Shown in pieces: positions 40,020 through 51,880 of a stretch of 64,000 nt of DNA (the stretch's first letter is position 1; each line of letters begins with the position of its first letter). The stretch comes from an uncultured bacterium (GTDB taxonomy: Bacteria > Auribacterota > Erginobacteria > Erginobacterales > Erginobacteraceae). The notes beneath the pieces were generated by a model. It was not told where the DNA came from, did not search any database, and saw nothing but the letters and a program-made list of their open reading frames with translations. Made by a program: the position numbers and the translations under genes. The DNA is taken from contig CAWGIE010000039.1 of NCBI GenBank assembly GCA_963822585.1, forward strand, positions 97,800 through 161,799, in the 5' to 3' direction.

Positions 40020-43000
40020 TTAGAGTTCCTGCCGCTCGACCAGATTTTTAAAGAGGCCGTCCTTCCGCATCAACTCCGCGTACGTCCCCTCCTGGACGAT
40101 CGCGCCCTGGTCGATGACGATGATCCGATGAGCTTTCTGAATGGTGGAGAGGCGGTGGGCGACCACGATCCGGGTCGCCTGCAGTTTATCCAGGCTCTCT
40201 TCCACCTTCTCCTGGCTGATGTTATCAAGGGAACTGGTCGCCTCGTCAAAGAAGAGGATCTTGGGCCGGGGGACAAGAGCCCGGGCGATGGCTATCCGCT
40301 GGCACTGGCCGCCGGAAAAGGTAGCGCCCCCTTCGGAGACGAATGTTTCATACCGCATCGGCATCGCCATGATGTCCCGATGAATGTCCGCCTCCTTGGC
40401 CGCCTCGACGATATCATCCATGGTGGCCAGAGGCGCGTTGACCTCGATATTGGTTTTTATCGACCCGGGAACGAGCTTGTTCTCCTGGAGGACCACCCCG
40501 ATCTGCCGGCGCAGCCGCGACAAATCCAATTCCTGCAGATCGTACCGGTCAAAGAAGATCTCTCCACTTTGCGGCTTTTCAAATCCGACCAGGAGGCGGA
40601 TCAGGGTGCTCTTTCCCGCGCCGCTGGGCCCGGTGATCGCCACGAACTCCCCCGGTTTGACGGTCAGGGAGAGATCCCGGATAACCAGCGGGCCTTCATC
40701 CTGATACCGGAACGAAACGTTTTTGACTTCGATCCGGCCCGAGAGGGGGCCCGGTTCCACTTTTCGCCCGGCATCTTCTTCTTCCGCGTCGATCAAGGGC
40801 TTGGCCCGTTCCCAGAGGGGGCGAATAAGCGTCATATTGACCGCCGCCTGGCAGGCCCCGATCACTCCCATGAAGAAGACCGTGAAGGCGGAGATATAGG
40901 CGAGAAAATTGCTCAAGAGAAGTTTCCCGGTCAGAATTTCTTTTCCCCCGAAAAAAAACATCAGCAAGGTCCCCAGGATGGGGAAACCTCCATAGAGGAT
41001 AGGCGACCACATCTGAGCCCGGGAGCTTTTATAGAACATCTTCATCTCACCATCGAAGGCGCCGAGCCAGCGGCAATAAAGACGGTTTCCGGCACCCGAG
41101 GAACGAACAACCAGAATACCGTTGATTAATTCATAGAGAATGGATTGTTCCTTCGCGCGACGGGCCAACATCAAGCATCTCAGCCGGGTGGCGGTATTAA
41201 AGATGACGACCATGGTGATCAGGGTCAGCAAACGCTCAATCCCAGACCGTACCAGGCCAACTTGGTCGCATACTGGAACATCAGGAAAAGATAGAAAGAA
41301 AGAGAAAACACCGTTTAATCCGACACTCAATACCGTGGACGTGAGCTCCTGGCGAATCTCCAGGACGGCCTGAAAACGCATGCTGAGATCGCCGATCGAG
41401 TACTTCCGAAAAAAATTCACCGGCAGACGCAGGAGCCGGCTCATCAGCATGCTGGCCAGGCGGGTATCGGCCAGCGCCTCGAAATTGATCTCAATCATGG
41501 AGCGGAACAGTGAGAAGAGCGCCGCGGCGACGGCACTGGCCATCAAGGCCAGTCCGAGAGCGGTTAATATATTCGTCTCGGCAGAGGGTATCGCTTTTCC
41601 AAAGATCAATCCGGTGGCAACCGGAGTGAACATACCAAAAAGGGTAATAATCAGTGACGCTCCGATCAACCGCCTGACGCTTCCTCCCAGATGAGCGAGA
41701 GCCAGAGCGATAAACTTTTTCGGCCCGATCGGGCCCGGAGGGAGGTCCGGGAGCAGCTCAAAAGCCCGTCCGGTCAATTCGTGTTCCAGATCGCCGGCGG
41801 TTACCTGGTAACTTCCCTTCAACGGATCATGGGCCCAGAGACGCCCCCGGAACGGTTCCAGCACCAGAGGGGTGCCGTCTTTCTGGACGGCGATGATCGG
41901 GGAGCTGATCCGGCTCAATGTCCCCGGCTGGATGGTCAACCGGCGGGAGAACATGCGGAAATTTTTCGCGCTCCAGGCGAGACGGTCACCTTTGCCGCCG
42001 CTTCCGGGGCCCGGTTGCGGCTCATCCTTCCGGATCGGCTTCTGCCCCTCATAGCGGGCCACCATTTCCACGGCCGCGTCCCAGGCCTCCTCGGGGTTGG
42101 CGGCGGCGATGAAAGGCATCTGCCGTGGACGGCTTTGGATGGACGCCATCGTGGCGGCGGCGGCGGCGCGGGCTGCTTTCTCGCGGTTCACGGTGCTGAT
42201 GAGATACTTCCGGAAATGGTCCTCATCGGCCCGTTGCAAAACCGTCGCCAGGGGTCCACCCAGAGCGATCAGGGAGCAACTCAGATCGATCAGGAACGGG
42301 GTAATGCCGGTTTCACGCGGCCGGTTTCGGCCGGATGATCGGGTAAAGGACGGATTCCGACTCGGCCTGCAGAATCAGTTTTCCCCCGGTTGCCTGAAGA
42401 CCCGCTTCCCGGACACAGAAAAATTTATTCTCAGGACCGATCCCCACCCGTACCTGGCCCCGGGCGATAAAAACCCCGACGGCGTTTTCGTCGCTCCAGG
42501 TTTTCCCGGGGGAGAGAGAGACCGGGGACACACCGGGGAAATCGTTTTCCCGGCGAATCGATCCACTCTCCGGGACAATTAATTCCGGAGGCGAGCCAAT
42601 CTCCTGGTCGGGAAGATGGGCGGCGGCGACGGCCAATCCTTCAGCCAGCCGGGCTTGGGCGGCAAGCAGCAACTCGCCGATGACGCCGGCGGCGTCACCG
42701 GCACCAGGCAGAAAACCGTTCAGTTCCGACCACTCCAGATAATATATTTCGGCCACCGCCACCGGATCGTAAGTCAGATGGCGGTCAAAGGCTTTCTTGA
42801 TCGGGCAGAGATAAAACGAATCGCCGTCGCTCAGCGCCGAGATCAGCTCGGGATGTCCCCAGCCGGCTTCGGTAACCGTGCCGACAAATCCATTGACCTC
42901 GCCCCGAATGATAATGAAGAGCCCTCCCCCGGCCGGGAATTCCAGCGGATGGGCCCAGGCTCGACCCGGCGAGTTTTCCCCGCTAACAGGGACAACGCCG

Positions 43001-43095
43001 CGGCGGAGAACAGGCCTGCCTAATAGTTTTTCGAGCAAGTCCCCGAGGACTTTTGCGTCAACAGTATTGTTTGCCGAATTCTTAGGCATATCCAT
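40020..43095 (-). pseudogene. NHLP bacteriocin export ABC transporter permease/ATPase (peptidase-less subunit), frameshifted
   Basis: ORFs 42313-43095 and 40020-42239 join near 42320; compensating frameshift pair at about 41230-41295; GPSGAGKS, FSGGQ, DEATS. Confidence 0.8.
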
Positions 43096-43096
43096 C

Positions 43097-43300
43097 CAAA
43101 TCTCAAATTACAAATCCCAAATAACAAACAAATCACAGATTCAAATTCAAACGAAGAGCACGAGAACGCCTCGCGGAAGGATAGGGTTGAACAAGAACGA
43201 TTAATCAAATTCTTTTTTAAAGAATATTCGCTGAAGTTTGTAATTTTGGTCATTGTAATTTGGAATTTATTTGTTATTTGGTGCTTGTTATTTGGAATTT
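43097..43300. repeat. 7-nt-periodic inverted-repeat element (caaatcc/ttggaat)
   Basis: caaatct-caaatta-caaatcc-caaataa ... ttggtgc-ttgttat-ttggaat. Confidence 0.75.
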
Positions 43301-43356
43301 CTTCCCGGTGGATAAGTTATTAGATCGCTGTTTATTAGCAATTAAACTAAGACGGT

Positions 43357-45495
43357 TTATCCTGTTTTAATCAGGGAAGCATACACTCCATTCAGTTTCA
43401 TCAACTCCTCATGGGTCCCCCTCTCCACCACCTTGCCGTGATCAAGAACGATAATCTCATCGGCGTCGCGAATGGTGGAGAGCCGGTGGGCGATCTCGAT
43501 CAGGGTGCAGCCGCGGCGAAGAAGATTCCCGATCACCCGTTCCTCGGTCACGGAGTCCAGCGAACTGGTCGCCTCATCCAGCAGAAGAATCGGGGGGTTA
43601 TGGGCCAGACCCCGGGCGATGCAGACGCGCTGTTGCTGGCCGCCGCTCAGGTTGCTCCCCTCTTCTTCCAGCATGGTGTCGTACCCGTCCGGCCGGGACA
43701 TAATCTCCTCGTCAATGCAGGCGTCCTTAGCCGACCGGATGATTTCCTCCATCGATAGCGCTTCATCCCAGAGGCTTATGTTATCCCGAATCGTTCCTTT
43801 AAACAGAAAAGGAGCCTGGTTAACGATGCCGATCTGGCGCCGGAGGAGGCGCAGATCGATCTTATTGATATTGACTCCATTGAAGGATACCTCCCCGCTC
43901 TGGGGAAGCAGGATCCCGGTAATGAGTTTGGCGATGGTACTCTTTCCCGCTCCCGAAGGCCCCACCAGGGCGACCTGCCGTCCGGGTTCGACGGTAAGAT
44001 TGAAGTTATTGATCAGGGGAGGCGCTACCGGATTGTAACCGAAGGTGATATTTTTCAGCTCGATCCGGCCGGAAAGAAGTCCGATCGGGGCCGGATCGCG
44101 GGGAGGCCGTTCGGGCGGGGACCGGAGGACGTCCTCAATCCGCTCCCAGTTGCCTTTAACCTGTTGGAGGGATCCGGCAAACGAAACCAGCCGGGTGACC
44201 GGGGCCAGAAACGCCGCCTGAAGGGCTTGAAAGGCCATGACCATACCGATGGTCATCACCCCGGCGATGACCCGGGTAGCCCCGATCCAGAGGACGAGTC
44301 CGGTGACAACGGCCGAGGCCAGAACCGGGACCGTCTGAAGAGGGATATCGAGCCGCCGGAAACTCTGCTCAACGTTGACCGTGTTGACGGCCAGCCCCCG
44401 CCAGCGGGCAAAGGTGGCGTCTTCGGCGCCGGAAGATTTTATGGTCTCGATCATCGACATCGCCACCAGTTCGGCCGAGCGCTGCTTGGCTTCCTCCGAG
44501 AGCATCAGCTCGTTCTGGTTGACCCGGGCCCGGTTGACCAGCAGGATGGTGGCGACGTTGATCACGGCCGCCGCCGCCACGATAGCGGCCAGAGCCAGGT
44601 CGTAAAAAAGCATGAGCAGGAAATAGAGGACGACCAGGGTAATATCCAATAGAGCGGTGATCAGGGAATCGCTCAGCAACTGGCGGAGATTGTTGTTCAG
44701 GTCAACGCGCGCCATCAGGTCCCCCGCGCCGCGCTCGTTGAAAAAGTTGATGGGGAGCGAGATCAAGTGCCTGACGAAACGGTTCAACATGGAGAAGCTC
44801 AACTTGAGACGGATATTGACCAGCAGCCGGCTCCGGACGTATCCGGTCAGCACCTGGAGCAAAACCATGAAGAACAGCCCCCATAATAATATGGTCTGCC
44901 ACTCCGCCTGCCGCCGGACCAGAACGTTGTCGATGAAGACCTGGGTAAAAACCGGGACCCCGAAACCGATCAGGGTGACGATCAGGGAGGCGCCCCCGAC
45001 CAGAAGAAGACCGGCCCGGGCTCCCCGGAGCATGGCCAAAAGATCGACCAGGGTGGAAGGCCGGGCGTCTCCGGGATGGAAGTCCGGTCCCGGACGGCAG
45101 ATCAGGACGATACCGGTAAAACAGCCGTTGAAGTGCTTCCGGCTGACCCGGCGATAGCCGCGGGCGGAATCGGCCAGATAGACCCACCGGCGCGTGAACT
45201 TTTCCACCACCAGGAAATGGTCGAACTCCCAGTGAATAATCGCCGGCAGATGCGCTTTTTCCAGGTCGGCCACTTCCATCCGGTAGCCGTAGGAGTCCAG
45301 ACCGAAGTTGCGGGCCGCTTTGAGCATGCTGCCGGCATTGGAACCGTCCCGGCTTACTCCGCAGGCGATCCGTACCTGGTCGAGGGGGAGCATCTTGCCG
45401 TAGTACCGCAGGATCATCGTCAAGGCGGCCGCGCCGCACTCTACCGCCTCCATCTGCAGGACCAGAGGCACTTTCCATTTATGAAAGAAAGACAT
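43357..45495 (-). CDS. NHLP-family peptidase C39-containing ABC transporter (PCAT)
   Basis: QMEAVECGAA, CGVSRDGS, HWEFDHFLV, GPSGAGKST, LSGGQQQR; catalytic Cys and His intact. Confidence 0.95.
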   Translation of the reverse strand: MSFFHKWKVPLVLQMEAVECGAAALTMILRYYGKMLPLDQVRIACGVSRDGSNAGSMLKAARNFGLDSYGYRMEVADLEKAHLPAIIHWEFDHFLVVEKFTRRWVYLADSARGYRRVSRKHFNGCFTGIVLICRPGPDFHPGDARPSTLVDLLAMLRGARAGLLLVGGASLIVTLIGFGVPVFTQVFIDNVLVRRQAEWQTILLWGLFFMVLLQVLTGYVRSRLLVNIRLKLSFSMLNRFVRHLISLPINFFNERGAGDLMARVDLNNNLRQLLSDSLITALLDITLVVLYFLLMLFYDLALAAIVAAAAVINVATILLVNRARVNQNELMLSEEAKQRSAELVAMSMIETIKSSGAEDATFARWRGLAVNTVNVEQSFRRLDIPLQTVPVLASAVVTGLVLWIGATRVIAGVMTIGMVMAFQALQAAFLAPVTRLVSFAGSLQQVKGNWERIEDVLRSPPERPPRDPAPIGLLSGRIELKNITFGYNPVAPPLINNFNLTVEPGRQVALVGPSGAGKSTIAKLITGILLPQSGEVSFNGVNINKIDLRLLRRQIGIVNQAPFLFKGTIRDNISLWDEALSMEEIIRSAKDACIDEEIMSRPDGYDTMLEEEGSNLSGGQQQRVCIARGLAHNPPILLLDEATSSLDSVTEERVIGNLLRRGCTLIEIAHRLSTIRDADEIIVLDHGKVVERGTHEELMKLNGVYASLIKTG

Positions 45496-45578
45496 GGGAA
45501 TTGATATAACTTAATTTATCTGGCTGAAATATTGGTAAAAATCTCCGGTTCAAAGAATAGCGGGATGGAATAATTAAG

Positions 45579-45705
45579 AAATCCGAATGTCGAAATCCGA
45601 AATAGTTTCAAATAAACTAATTTCCTAATCCCTCCGCCATGCCCCTTCTCATTTAGTATTCGGGTTTCGACAATCTTTATTAATTCTTAATTCGATTTCG
45701 TCATT
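45579..45705. repeat. 7-nt-periodic inverted-repeat element (cgaaatc family)
   Basis: aaatccgaatgtcgaaatccgaaat ... ttcgatttcgtcatt. Confidence 0.65.
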
Positions 45706-45713
45706 TTTTCCTC

Positions 45714-47102
45714 CTACATTTCAGTTACCCCAAACCATTTCTTAAGTGCCGGGATCACCAACGTGATCGGGACCTGGCTTTCCACGACCGCCTCCCCGCT
45801 GCAGACCATGCCGGACGAGACCGGGAAGGGGCTGCCGCCCCCGGCCTTGACAAAATGTGTTTTCCCGTCCTGTTCGGTGGTTTCCAGAAGTATGTCAACC
45901 CGGCTCACCGCCTGCCGATTCCCCAGACTCTGAGCGAGATCTTGGGAATAGCTGCAGCTCTCCTCAATCAATTCCTGAGTCGCCGGCAAGGGGTCCACCG
46001 CGGTTACCCGTCCGAGCAATTTCCCGTACCGGTCGGCCGGATAACTCACTACCGCCATTTCGACCAGTGAACCGACCTGCAACTTCTTGGCATCGTCGGT
46101 GGCAAAGAACTGATATACCATTTCCGGGGGACCGGCGCTTTCAATCAGGCAGACCACCGCTCCAGCCGCCACCGAATCTCCGGTCTCCAGGGTACATTGG
46201 CGAACAATCCCATCGATGGGGGCATGGATTTCCCCGGTCTCCATCAATGACTCCTGATACTTGCGTCCTTCCCGGGCGGTCAGATAACTCGCTTCGGCCG
46301 CGCGCAGGGACATTTCCTGCTGGAGGAGATCCTCCTGGACCGTGACCTTCTGCTGGGCGAGCTGGATTTCAGCCTGGTTATAGGTCTGATAGGCGTTGGC
46401 GGCCGACTCTTCCGCGGCCAGAAGATCGGAGGTGGTTACCATTTGCTTGCTGGATAATTCCTTCAGGGTCTGATACTGCTTTGCCTGGTCGGTCACGATC
46501 TCCTTGAGTTTTTTGAGGTTCTCCGCCATTAACTTGAGGTACGTGTTCTGAGCTTCATCGGTGGCCTTCTTCACCGCCTCGTAAGATGACTTTTGAGCCT
46601 GATAATTTTGTTTGGCCGTTTCTTCATTCTCGACCGCGTTCTTGAAATTCTGCCGGGTGGTTTCCGGGATGATTTTGACCAGAAGATCGCCTATTTTTAC
46701 CCGAAGGCCGTTGGCGGGAGGGGGGGACACCACCGTGCCTCCGTTTTCGGTCACTACCCGGGCCACTCCGCCGACGGGAAGGATCAGGCCGGTTCCCTGG
46801 ACCATGACCGGTATGCTTCCCACGAAAGCCCAGATCAGGAAGAGCACGGCCAAAACGGTGACGGTTCCAATGACAATCCAGTCGGAAGGACGGCTTACCT
46901 GTAAAGCGTCATCGACATGACTTTCTTCCTCCGCGTAATAGTGTTCAATCGCCGCCTTTCGGTAAAGACCCTGATCGGCGATTTCAGCCGCCTGACCGGT
47001 CTGAGGTTTCTTGTCATCCGCTTCCGGTTTGCCGGCGGATTCGGCGACCGGAGGATTCCCTGATTGTTTGACAGCGGGCGCCGGCATATCTGGTGGGTTC
47101 AT
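45714..47102 (-). CDS. NHLP bacteriocin secretion membrane fusion protein (HlyD family)
   Basis: LYRKAA, TM ending WAFVGSIP..V.GTG, coiled coil, IHAPIDG, P..RYGKL.G.V, PITLVIP. Confidence 0.92.
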   Translation of the reverse strand: MNPPDMPAPAVKQSGNPPVAESAGKPEADDKKPQTGQAAEIADQGLYRKAAIEHYYAEEESHVDDALQVSRPSDWIVIGTVTVLAVLFLIWAFVGSIPVMVQGTGLILPVGGVARVVTENGGTVVSPPPANGLRVKIGDLLVKIIPETTRQNFKNAVENEETAKQNYQAQKSSYEAVKKATDEAQNTYLKLMAENLKKLKEIVTDQAKQYQTLKELSSKQMVTTSDLLAAEESAANAYQTYNQAEIQLAQQKVTVQEDLLQQEMSLRAAEASYLTAREGRKYQESLMETGEIHAPIDGIVRQCTLETGDSVAAGAVVCLIESAGPPEMVYQFFATDDAKKLQVGSLVEMAVVSYPADRYGKLLGRVTAVDPLPATQELIEESCSYSQDLAQSLGNRQAVSRVDILLETTEQDGKTHFVKAGGGSPFPVSSGMVCSGEAVVESQVPITLVIPALKKWFGVTEM

Positions 47103-47133
47103 GCGCCATTCCCTCCAAGTCCTCGTAACCGTT

Positions 47134-48579
47134 CTAATTTTGGGGCGGTTCCCCGCCCTGATACGAGGTGGTTATTGATATGTCCCCCCGCGAGAGAAGC
47201 GGAGGAGGGAGCGCTCCCCCGCCGATCTCTTTTTGCAGCTGGCTCATCAGGGTCAGATAATCGCAGATCGTATTGATCAGGGACAACCGGACTTCCAGCA
47301 AAATATTGAAGGATTGATAGAGATCGGAGGTGATGATCGTCCCCTGGGAATAGAGTTCCTTCTCCACCTCCCAGAGGGTCTGGGCATATTCGGCGTTCTT
47401 ATGCAAAAGCTGGATCTGAACAATCGTGTCCGAAATAGTGGTCACCGTGCTGCCGATCTCGGCTGAGGCTCGGTCCCGAACTTGAGCCAGTTCGGTTCGG
47501 GCGTTCCGCTCCAGTTCCCGGGCGGCGCCCAGGAGAGACCAATTCTGTGTGCTGTGAAAGATCGGCAGGCTCACCGTCGCCCCCAGGGACCAGGAACGAT
47601 TGGAGGAACCCGAGCTGTCGTCATCTGCATCCTGCCAGCCATACGCTCCCTGCACCCCGACGGTGGGGAAAAAATTCTGGGAAGCCAGGGTGACCCCCGC
47701 TTCCGCCACCTGGACCAGGGCCTGGCTCTGCGGATGTCAGGTCGTTCTTCAAACCCCGGGCCAGGCAAGCCTCAAACTCCGGCAGGAGCAACGTTACCTG
47801 TCCCAGCTGATGGAGGGAGATACGGGTATCCGGGGGCAGATGGAGGATCCGGTTGAATTCAATGATTTGAAGACGGGCCTGATCGATACTGCTCACCAGG
47901 AAATTCAGTTCTTCCAGCAGCGCGTTCTCCGCCCGGAGGAAATCGGCTTTGGTCTTGCTTCCGGCGGCCAGCATCTCCCGGATGATCCGCAACTGATCGT
48001 TCAGCTGGGTGACCTGACGCATATTCTCATCGATGGCCTGGTTATACCTCACCAGATTATAGTAGGCCTGGGCGATCTCGTAATCCAGGATTGCAGACCC
48101 GTCGCGGGAAGATTGAGAGTAGGAGACCTGAGCCCGCTGCTGCCGGTAGGTCCCCCAGAGTTGGCCGTCCCAGAGCGGCTGATCCATCGTGAACTGGGCC
48201 AGCCATTGCGTGAAATAATCTTCCTGTTGGCGGGAACGGCTGTAATCGGCATTAAAATCAAACTGGGGGAAGAGCGCGGCCAGGTCGGCCCGCAACTGCT
48301 CTTCATCGGAGCGTACCGTCCCCTGGGCGATCATGAGGGGAAGGTTCCGTTTCCGGGCCAGTTCCTGGTATTTTTGCAAACGAAGATCGCTGCCGGGGGG
48401 TACGATCAAAAGAGCCGGAAGTGCGTCTATTTTGCTATTAAACAAAGCCAGGGCGGCGCGAACTGCTTCCGGTAAGAATCTTTCTCCGCTTGAGCCCGGA
48501 CCGGCGACAGAAGCGGAGCGATAAAGAACAACAACAGAATACCAATCAGCGAAATTAGATAATTCAAGCGGGCATGCAT
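47134..48579 (-). pseudogene. TolC family outer-membrane efflux protein, split into three frames
   Basis: ORFs 48427-48615 (signal), 47621-48445 (LFPQFD, QPLWDG, AYYNL) and 47134-47709 (FFPTV, VSLPIF). Confidence 0.8.
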
Positions 48580-48823
48580 CCCGTGTATGGTATAAAACCT
48601 TTTATTGAATAACAAGAAAAAGGCAGGATCCGGTTCAGTTATTAATCACGATCCCCGGATAGTAGGAGCCTGTCCAATGGTTAAAAAATCAGTCTCCGGA
48701 GGCAAGCGAGAGGAGATGGTTTATGACTGCATCAGCCATGAAAGATGACTTTGCAATCTGTCTTTCCCTGTGCCGCAAAAAATTAACCCGATTCCCTATT
48801 TATCGTTCTGCCTTCTTCAAAAA

Positions 48824-49977
48824 CTATCCCCGGACAAATAATATTCCGGCTTTTCCAAGCCCGGTTTGCAATATCGAGAGTGCCCGCCCGGAAGCCAGTT
48901 CTTCCAGGGTGGGGAAGGTCAGAGTCGCAATAGCGATGGCCCGGCCACGCGGCGTCCGCAATTCTTTTCCGTACCGGGCATCGAAACGATCCAGGTTTTC
49001 CGCCGCCCGCTTGATCAGGGCTTGGAGTATCTTGAAAGCCCCGGCGGAGAGTGGTGGATCGCCCCGGTAGTTTTCCAGCCTCCCCCTTTTCTATATTGCG
49101 GAAAATTTTCCCAGCCCGACAAACCGGAGGAACCAATCCGACCGGTAACGACCGGCGGCCGCCACGATTCCCATGTAGTCGGCGATCAGCTCGTCGATCA
49201 GGCGGTTCTTCATCGAGAAGAGGACCGCCGGGTAAAGTAATGGGTGCACTCATGGTGCCGGCGGATGACAAGAGAGGCGGCGCCATTCTTTATCCATCAC
49301 CCCCATATCTTTCGCGGAAACGCCGCTGTATGGGCCGTCGCTGAGAATGATGAAGCGGTCCTGGTAAAGTTCCTTCCGGGGGATGATGCGCTCGAATTCT
49401 ATCGACCAATCGCCGGTGGGATGTTCCGATTCCCATTTCTCCCGCAGCCGGCGGATCCGGGACCAGTCGTTGTAGCCGGCGACCGTCACCGAGCCCATTG
49501 AACCCGGAATCGCAACGGGTTCATTCTTCATCGCCAGCGCCCGGACCAGGGAGACAAAGTCCTCCCGCCGGGTGGCGACAATAATCGGAATTCGTCCGGC
49601 CGGACTCGGATAGAGTTGGAGCTGGAGCTTGGCCGGAGAGAGAAGTTTCAAACCGGACGCCTCTGGGATTTCCTCGGGGGGGACGCCTTCGGATTCGCCG
49701 CCCGGTAATACTCGGTTTTGCTGATCCCCTTCCGGATGGGGAAGCGTAACTGCACCAGGAATTCACGGAGAGCCGCCAATACGCCATTCTTCCCTGCTTC
49801 TCTCTCGTATCCTTCCCAGGTGGTAATGAAAAGCTCATCCGGCAGCGAGATTTTTATCGACGGGTTCAATCCAGAGTGGTCGAAACGGTTTTCATCATAG
49901 GCGAGCGGCTCTTTTACTTCGCCACTGGAAGCGCCCAGCGAACTGAGAATTTTCTCTCGAAATCCCTGCTGATGCAT
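48824..49977 (-). pseudogene. Conserved NHLP/Nif11-cluster-associated protein (DUF7005-like) with HExxH motif, at least 5 frameshifts
   Basis: Stitched frames: LPDE..WEGY, LVQLRFPIRKGISKTE.YR, AGRIP, GYNDWSRI, YQDRFIILSDGPYS, IRRHHECTHYFTRR, DELIADYMG, RLENYRGDPPLS. Confidence 0.75.
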
Positions 49978-50108
49978 AAACGGGGTCAGACCTCTACTAT
50001 ACACTTCTAAGGATAGCCACACCGATCGGAAAATTTGCAAAGCGGATAAGCTTAATAGGCAATTAAGCTCGCTAGTGTATCGTAGAGGTCTGACCCTGAT
50101 ATCTATCC

Positions 50109-51880
50109 CTATCTCGTCACCGGGATGTCCCCGGTGGTCCCGAAGTAAGCCTGGTCACCCCTCGAACCGCCCAGAGGTTGGACAAAGGCCGGAAAACCCC
50201 GTTTTCGGCTCGGCCGCCCCCGCTGAACGCGGCCGGGATCAGGGTATCTCCGGACATCCCGTAATAGGATCGGGTGGTCCCCCGGATCGCCCAGAGACCA
50301 GTGGCGGGCGGAAGATCGCCGGAAGCATCGGAAAGGGAGCCGGACCACCATACCAGGCATAAACCGCCGGGATCGGCCGGTCGCCGGACCGGCCGAAGTA
50401 CATCCGGCTGTAGCCGAGGACCGCCCAGAGTCCGCTGGAATCCCGGAAAACGGCGGGCTCCGCCCCGGGAAGCCATCATAGTCACCGGGTACCGGGAGGT
50501 CGCCGGGCCGGCCGTAATAAACTCTGGTAACGCCCCTGATGGCCCAGAGACCGGAAGAACCCCGGAAGACTCCAAAGTCGCAGCAGCCGTCCCCGTCGTA
50601 GTCGGAAGGAACCGGAAGATCGGAAGCGGCACCGAAGAAGAGGCGGGTCAGGCCTTTAACCGCCCACGTCCCCGAAGAGGGGCGGTAAACGGCCACGTCA
50701 GCGATCCCGTCCCCGTCATAGTCCCCGGGAACGGGGAGATCGTAAGGCCGGCCGAATAGGTCCGGCCCAGCCCCCTCACCGCCCAGAGGCCGTTATCCTG
50801 GCGGAAGATGGCGATATCCGAGATCCCGTTTCCGGTGTAATCACCCGCGCCGATCACCAGGTATTCCGGGTGGGAAACGGTGTCGGGGATGCAGTGGGCG
50901 ACGGCTTGGCTGACGGAGTAACCGTCGGCGACGCCGTTGGTATGGCGGTCGGTGTCGGCGTCATGGTCGAAGTGGGGGTTGCGGTTGCCGATGGTGTCGG
51001 CGTTACGGAAGGAGTGGGCGTCAGCGAAGGTGTCGGGGTTGCCGATGGCGTCGGCGTTACGAAAGGAGTGGGCGTCAGCGAAGGTGTCGGGGTTGCCGAA
51101 GGCGTCGGGGTTGCCGATGGCGTCGGCGTTACGGAAGGAGTGGGCGTCAGCGAAGGCGTCGGGGGAGGGGTGGGGGGAGCGTTGAAGTTAGCCACCAGGG
51201 CGCGGTCGGAGTAGGTCGTAAAGTTGTAGGACGCATTCGTTGACACCACCGTGCCGTCCTCTGTCCAGTTTAGAAAATTCCACCCAGAGAAAGGGAACGC
51301 AAACACCGTTGCCGGATGCCCATACTCGGGGTTGGATCCCAAAACCGTGCCCCCGGATAGCGGGTTCGCCGTTACCGTTACTTTATAATTGAAGCTCGCA
51401 TAGAGCGCGCGGTCCACGGTTGCCGTAAAAGTGTAGTCGGCGTCGTACGAGACCGTGCCTATTTCCGGGTCCCACCAGGCGCTGAAGTGCGTACCGTACA
51501 GGCACGTCCCGTGCACGGTCACGGAGGTGCCGGCGGTGAAGGTCCCTCCTCCCGAGACGGTGCCCCCCCCGTCACTGGCGTAAACCGTGATCTGGATTTC
51601 GGAGTCGGCCACCGGATCCCGGTTCGCCGCCGCCGAGACCGTATAGTGGGTGTTCGTCGAGACCTCGCTCCCTCCGTCGGTCCAGTTGACAAAGTGGTAG
51701 CCCGGATTGGCAAAAGCGGACAAATCGACCGGGGACGCCTGGTCGTAAGCGCCCCCACTATGGTGTAACCTCCCGCAGCCGGGTTCGGGTTCGCGATAAA
51801 AGTCTCGGCGGCGTTCGCCGACGCGCGCGGCAGGGCGAACACCGCGGTAACCAGGACGACCGAGGCCCAGAGACTACCTC
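50109..51880 (-). pseudogene. Degraded surface protein: InlB-B/bacterial-repeat domains, Thr-Pro linker, FG-GAP-like repeats
   Basis: [20 protein letters not shown], (PSxTPT)n, GDYDGDG..FR..GLWA across several frames, ending DIPVTR. Confidence 0.7.
50875..51180 (-). repeat. 18-nt coding tandem repeat (Thr/Pro linker)
   Basis: Encodes TPTPS(L/V/A) units. Confidence 0.85.

Noticed and set aside
50875..51180. CRISPR-like repeat array
   Set aside because: 18-nt in-frame units with no spacers encode a Thr/Pro linker, and there are no cas genes.
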